DNA of 61,023 nt, filler included. It is 5 parts of 5 records of this genome, joined end to end, with 100 filler letters (N's around TTAATTAATTAA, not from the genome) between each part and the next. Parts side by side here need not be neighbours in the genome. Positions count along the whole stretch, not along the records: positions 54,202 to 61,023 come from SRR31156797_12807; 4 more parts are not named here. One strand, given 5' to 3'. The notes beneath the pieces are model-generated. The model did not search any database and was not told the DNA's origin. It saw only the letters and a list, made by a program, of their open reading frames with translations. Below are positions 59,635 through 61,023 of this stretch, piece by piece. Both the position numbers and the translations under genes were made by a program. Every line of letters begins with the position of its first letter. Positions within the stretch are counted from its first letter, which is position 1.

Positions 59635-60837
59635 ATGAAACGATTTAACAGCCTGATTCAAATGGGAGTGAACGAGTCCTTTTCCGATATTCATATGTCG
59701 GGGGACCATACGATTGTCTGCCGGAAAAACGGCAAGATTGTTTTTTTAAAGGAGAAATATACCTGTGAGCAGATTGACGATCTGGTATCCAAAATGCTCA
59801 GGCCCCATGAGATGGCCATCCTCAAACAACGGCTTTCCGTTGACCTGTCCAGGACAGTGAACCATATCCGCATCCGGGTCAATGTCTTTAATTCCACCCG
59901 GGGGCTGAGCATTGCCATCCGCCTTCTGCCCGGACGGATTCCGAATTTCAACGATTTAAACCTCATGCCGGATCTACGGGATTTCAGTGAATTGTCCTCC
60001 GGCCTCATCCTGGTCTGCGGGGCCACAGGCTCCGGGAAATCTTCTACTATTGCCGCCTTTCTGGCCGAGATAAACCGGAACAGGAGCACCCATATCATCA
60101 CCCTGGAAGACCCCATTGAATACCGGTTTAAATCCGGAAAGTCCTTTATCCAGCAGCGGGAACTGGGCCAGCATATCCAAAGCTTTGACCAGGGACTTCA
60201 GGATGTGCTCCGGGAGGATCCGGATGTGATCATGGTCGGTGAGCTCCGGGAGCCTGAAACCATACGACTGACCCTGAATGCCGTGGAATCCGGCCATCTG
60301 GTCATTGCCTCCCTCCACGCCACCAATTCCGAAGACGCCCTGTACCGGATGTGCAATTCCTTTCCCCCGGACGCCCAGGACATGGTCAGGGTGCAATTGT
60401 CCTCGGTCCTTTCCCTGCTCGTGGTTCAAAAGCTTGAATTCAAGCGGGAGTTCGGATTCAGGGTCCCGGTGCTTTCAGTGCTCAAGGGGGTGAATTCCGT
60501 AAAATCCACCATCCGGGACAACCGCTTTGCCCAGATTGAGAGCATCCTCCAGACCGGGAGACGGGAGGGGATGTACACCATGGAAAAATATGAAGAGGAA
60601 TTTTTAAAGACCCGGTCAAGACTCACCCCCCCCAGTATCAGCTTCAGGCCCTGCGAGGAAATCACCGAGGCCCGGGAGTACAGATCCCCCATCCTCACCG
60701 GAACACCGTCGCCCCGCCCCGAAAGCCTGCCGGCATACCAAACCCCCGGGCCTCCCAGGACCCTTGAGCCGGGTCAGTATGTGATCGAGGAGGAAACCTC
60801 TTCCGTGGCAGAGGTGATTTCCCAGCTGGAGAAATAA
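59635..60837 (+). CDS. pilT: PilT/PilU family type IV pilus ATPase
   Basis: SDIH, GATGSGKS, TLEDPIE, LREDPDVIMVGE, SGHLVIASLH. Confidence 0.88.
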   Translation: MKRFNSLIQMGVNESFSDIHMSGDHTIVCRKNGKIVFLKEKYTCEQIDDLVSKMLRPHEMAILKQRLSVDLSRTVNHIRIRVNVFNSTRGLSIAIRLLPGRIPNFNDLNLMPDLRDFSELSSGLILVCGATGSGKSSTIAAFLAEINRNRSTHIITLEDPIEYRFKSGKSFIQQRELGQHIQSFDQGLQDVLREDPDVIMVGELREPETIRLTLNAVESGHLVIASLHATNSEDALYRMCNSFPPDAQDMVRVQLSSVLSLLVVQKLEFKREFGFRVPVLSVLKGVNSVKSTIRDNRFAQIESILQTGRREGMYTMEKYEEEFLKTRSRLTPPSISFRPCEEITEAREYRSPILTGTPSPRPESLPAYQTPGPPRTLEPGQYVIEEETSSVAEVISQLEK

Positions 60838-60862
60838 GAAAAAAAAAGGGTATGCCAATTAG

Positions 60863-60895
60863 AAAAGGCCGGGGCTGTTACAGCCCCGGCCTTTT
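60863..60895. terminator. Bidirectional intrinsic terminator
   Basis: AAAAGGCCGGGGCTG-tta-CAGCCCCGGCCTTTT between convergent genes. Confidence 0.9.
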
Positions 60896-60918
60896 GTTAT
60901 TTGAGTCGATCCGGTGGG

Positions 60919-61023
60919 TTAAGATTGCTTCCGGCCTATTCCGGCCAGGCCCAGAAGACCCAGGCCGAACAGCATCATGGTGGCAGGCTCGGGATTGGGA
61001 ACCGGCACAACCGGATCCGTTGC
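60919..61023 (-). CDS. C-terminus of a PEP-CTERM sorting-domain protein (partial)
   Basis: Minus strand reads ATDPVVPVPNPEPATMMLFGLGLLGLAGIGRKQS-stop; not in the ORF track. Confidence 0.92.
   Translation of the reverse strand, partial: ATDPVVPVPNPEPATMMLFGLGLLGLAGIGRKQS

Noticed and set aside
1..61023. CRISPR arrays, tRNA/rRNA, transposases, prophage or defence genes
   Set aside because: No regularly spaced repeats or recognisable motifs were seen by eye

Overview
The window is not one locus. It is five unrelated contigs joined by four artificial 100-nt linkers (N44-TTAATTAATTAA-N44 at 22363-22462, 31174-31273, 45237-45336, 54102-54201), so no association should be drawn across linkers. Taxonomic and GC remarks are by-eye impressions. 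Contig 1 (1-22362, AT-rich, Clostridia-like) holds a compact ygeY-ygeW-arcC-ssnA-ygfK-xdh-hydA-[extra PLP enzyme]-dpaL anaerobic urate/purine degradation operon and a LacI-controlled sugar ABC/GH1/GH43 operon. Contig 2 (22463-31173, AT-rich diderm) has envelope and housekeeping genes (RlpA-like, M48, TrmH, anmK, YqeY, CvpA, flippase-like, esterase, HD-like), two candidate non-coding RNAs and several REP-like repeats. Contig 3 (31274-45236, spirochaete-like) has an IrtAB/YbtPQ-like ABC pair, MarR, a dehydratase activase fusion, a methyltransferase, an MCP, a hybrid kinase, a GNAT and def. Contig 4 (45337-54101, GC-rich, alphaproteobacterial-like) is a polyol/rare-sugar catabolic region with an ABC-2 module interleaved. 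Contig 5 (54202-61023, Desulfobacteraceae-like) has a large extracellular protein, PAP2, an Lgt paralog, CPBP and S1 proteases, a PilT-family ATPase and a PEP-CTERM tail. The best leads are the unexplained fold-II PLP enzyme inside the urate cluster, the ABC-2 module and variant GlpK in the polyol region, the Lgt/PAP2/CPBP cluster, and the two orphan structured RNAs. All functional calls come from motif recognition; no searches were run.
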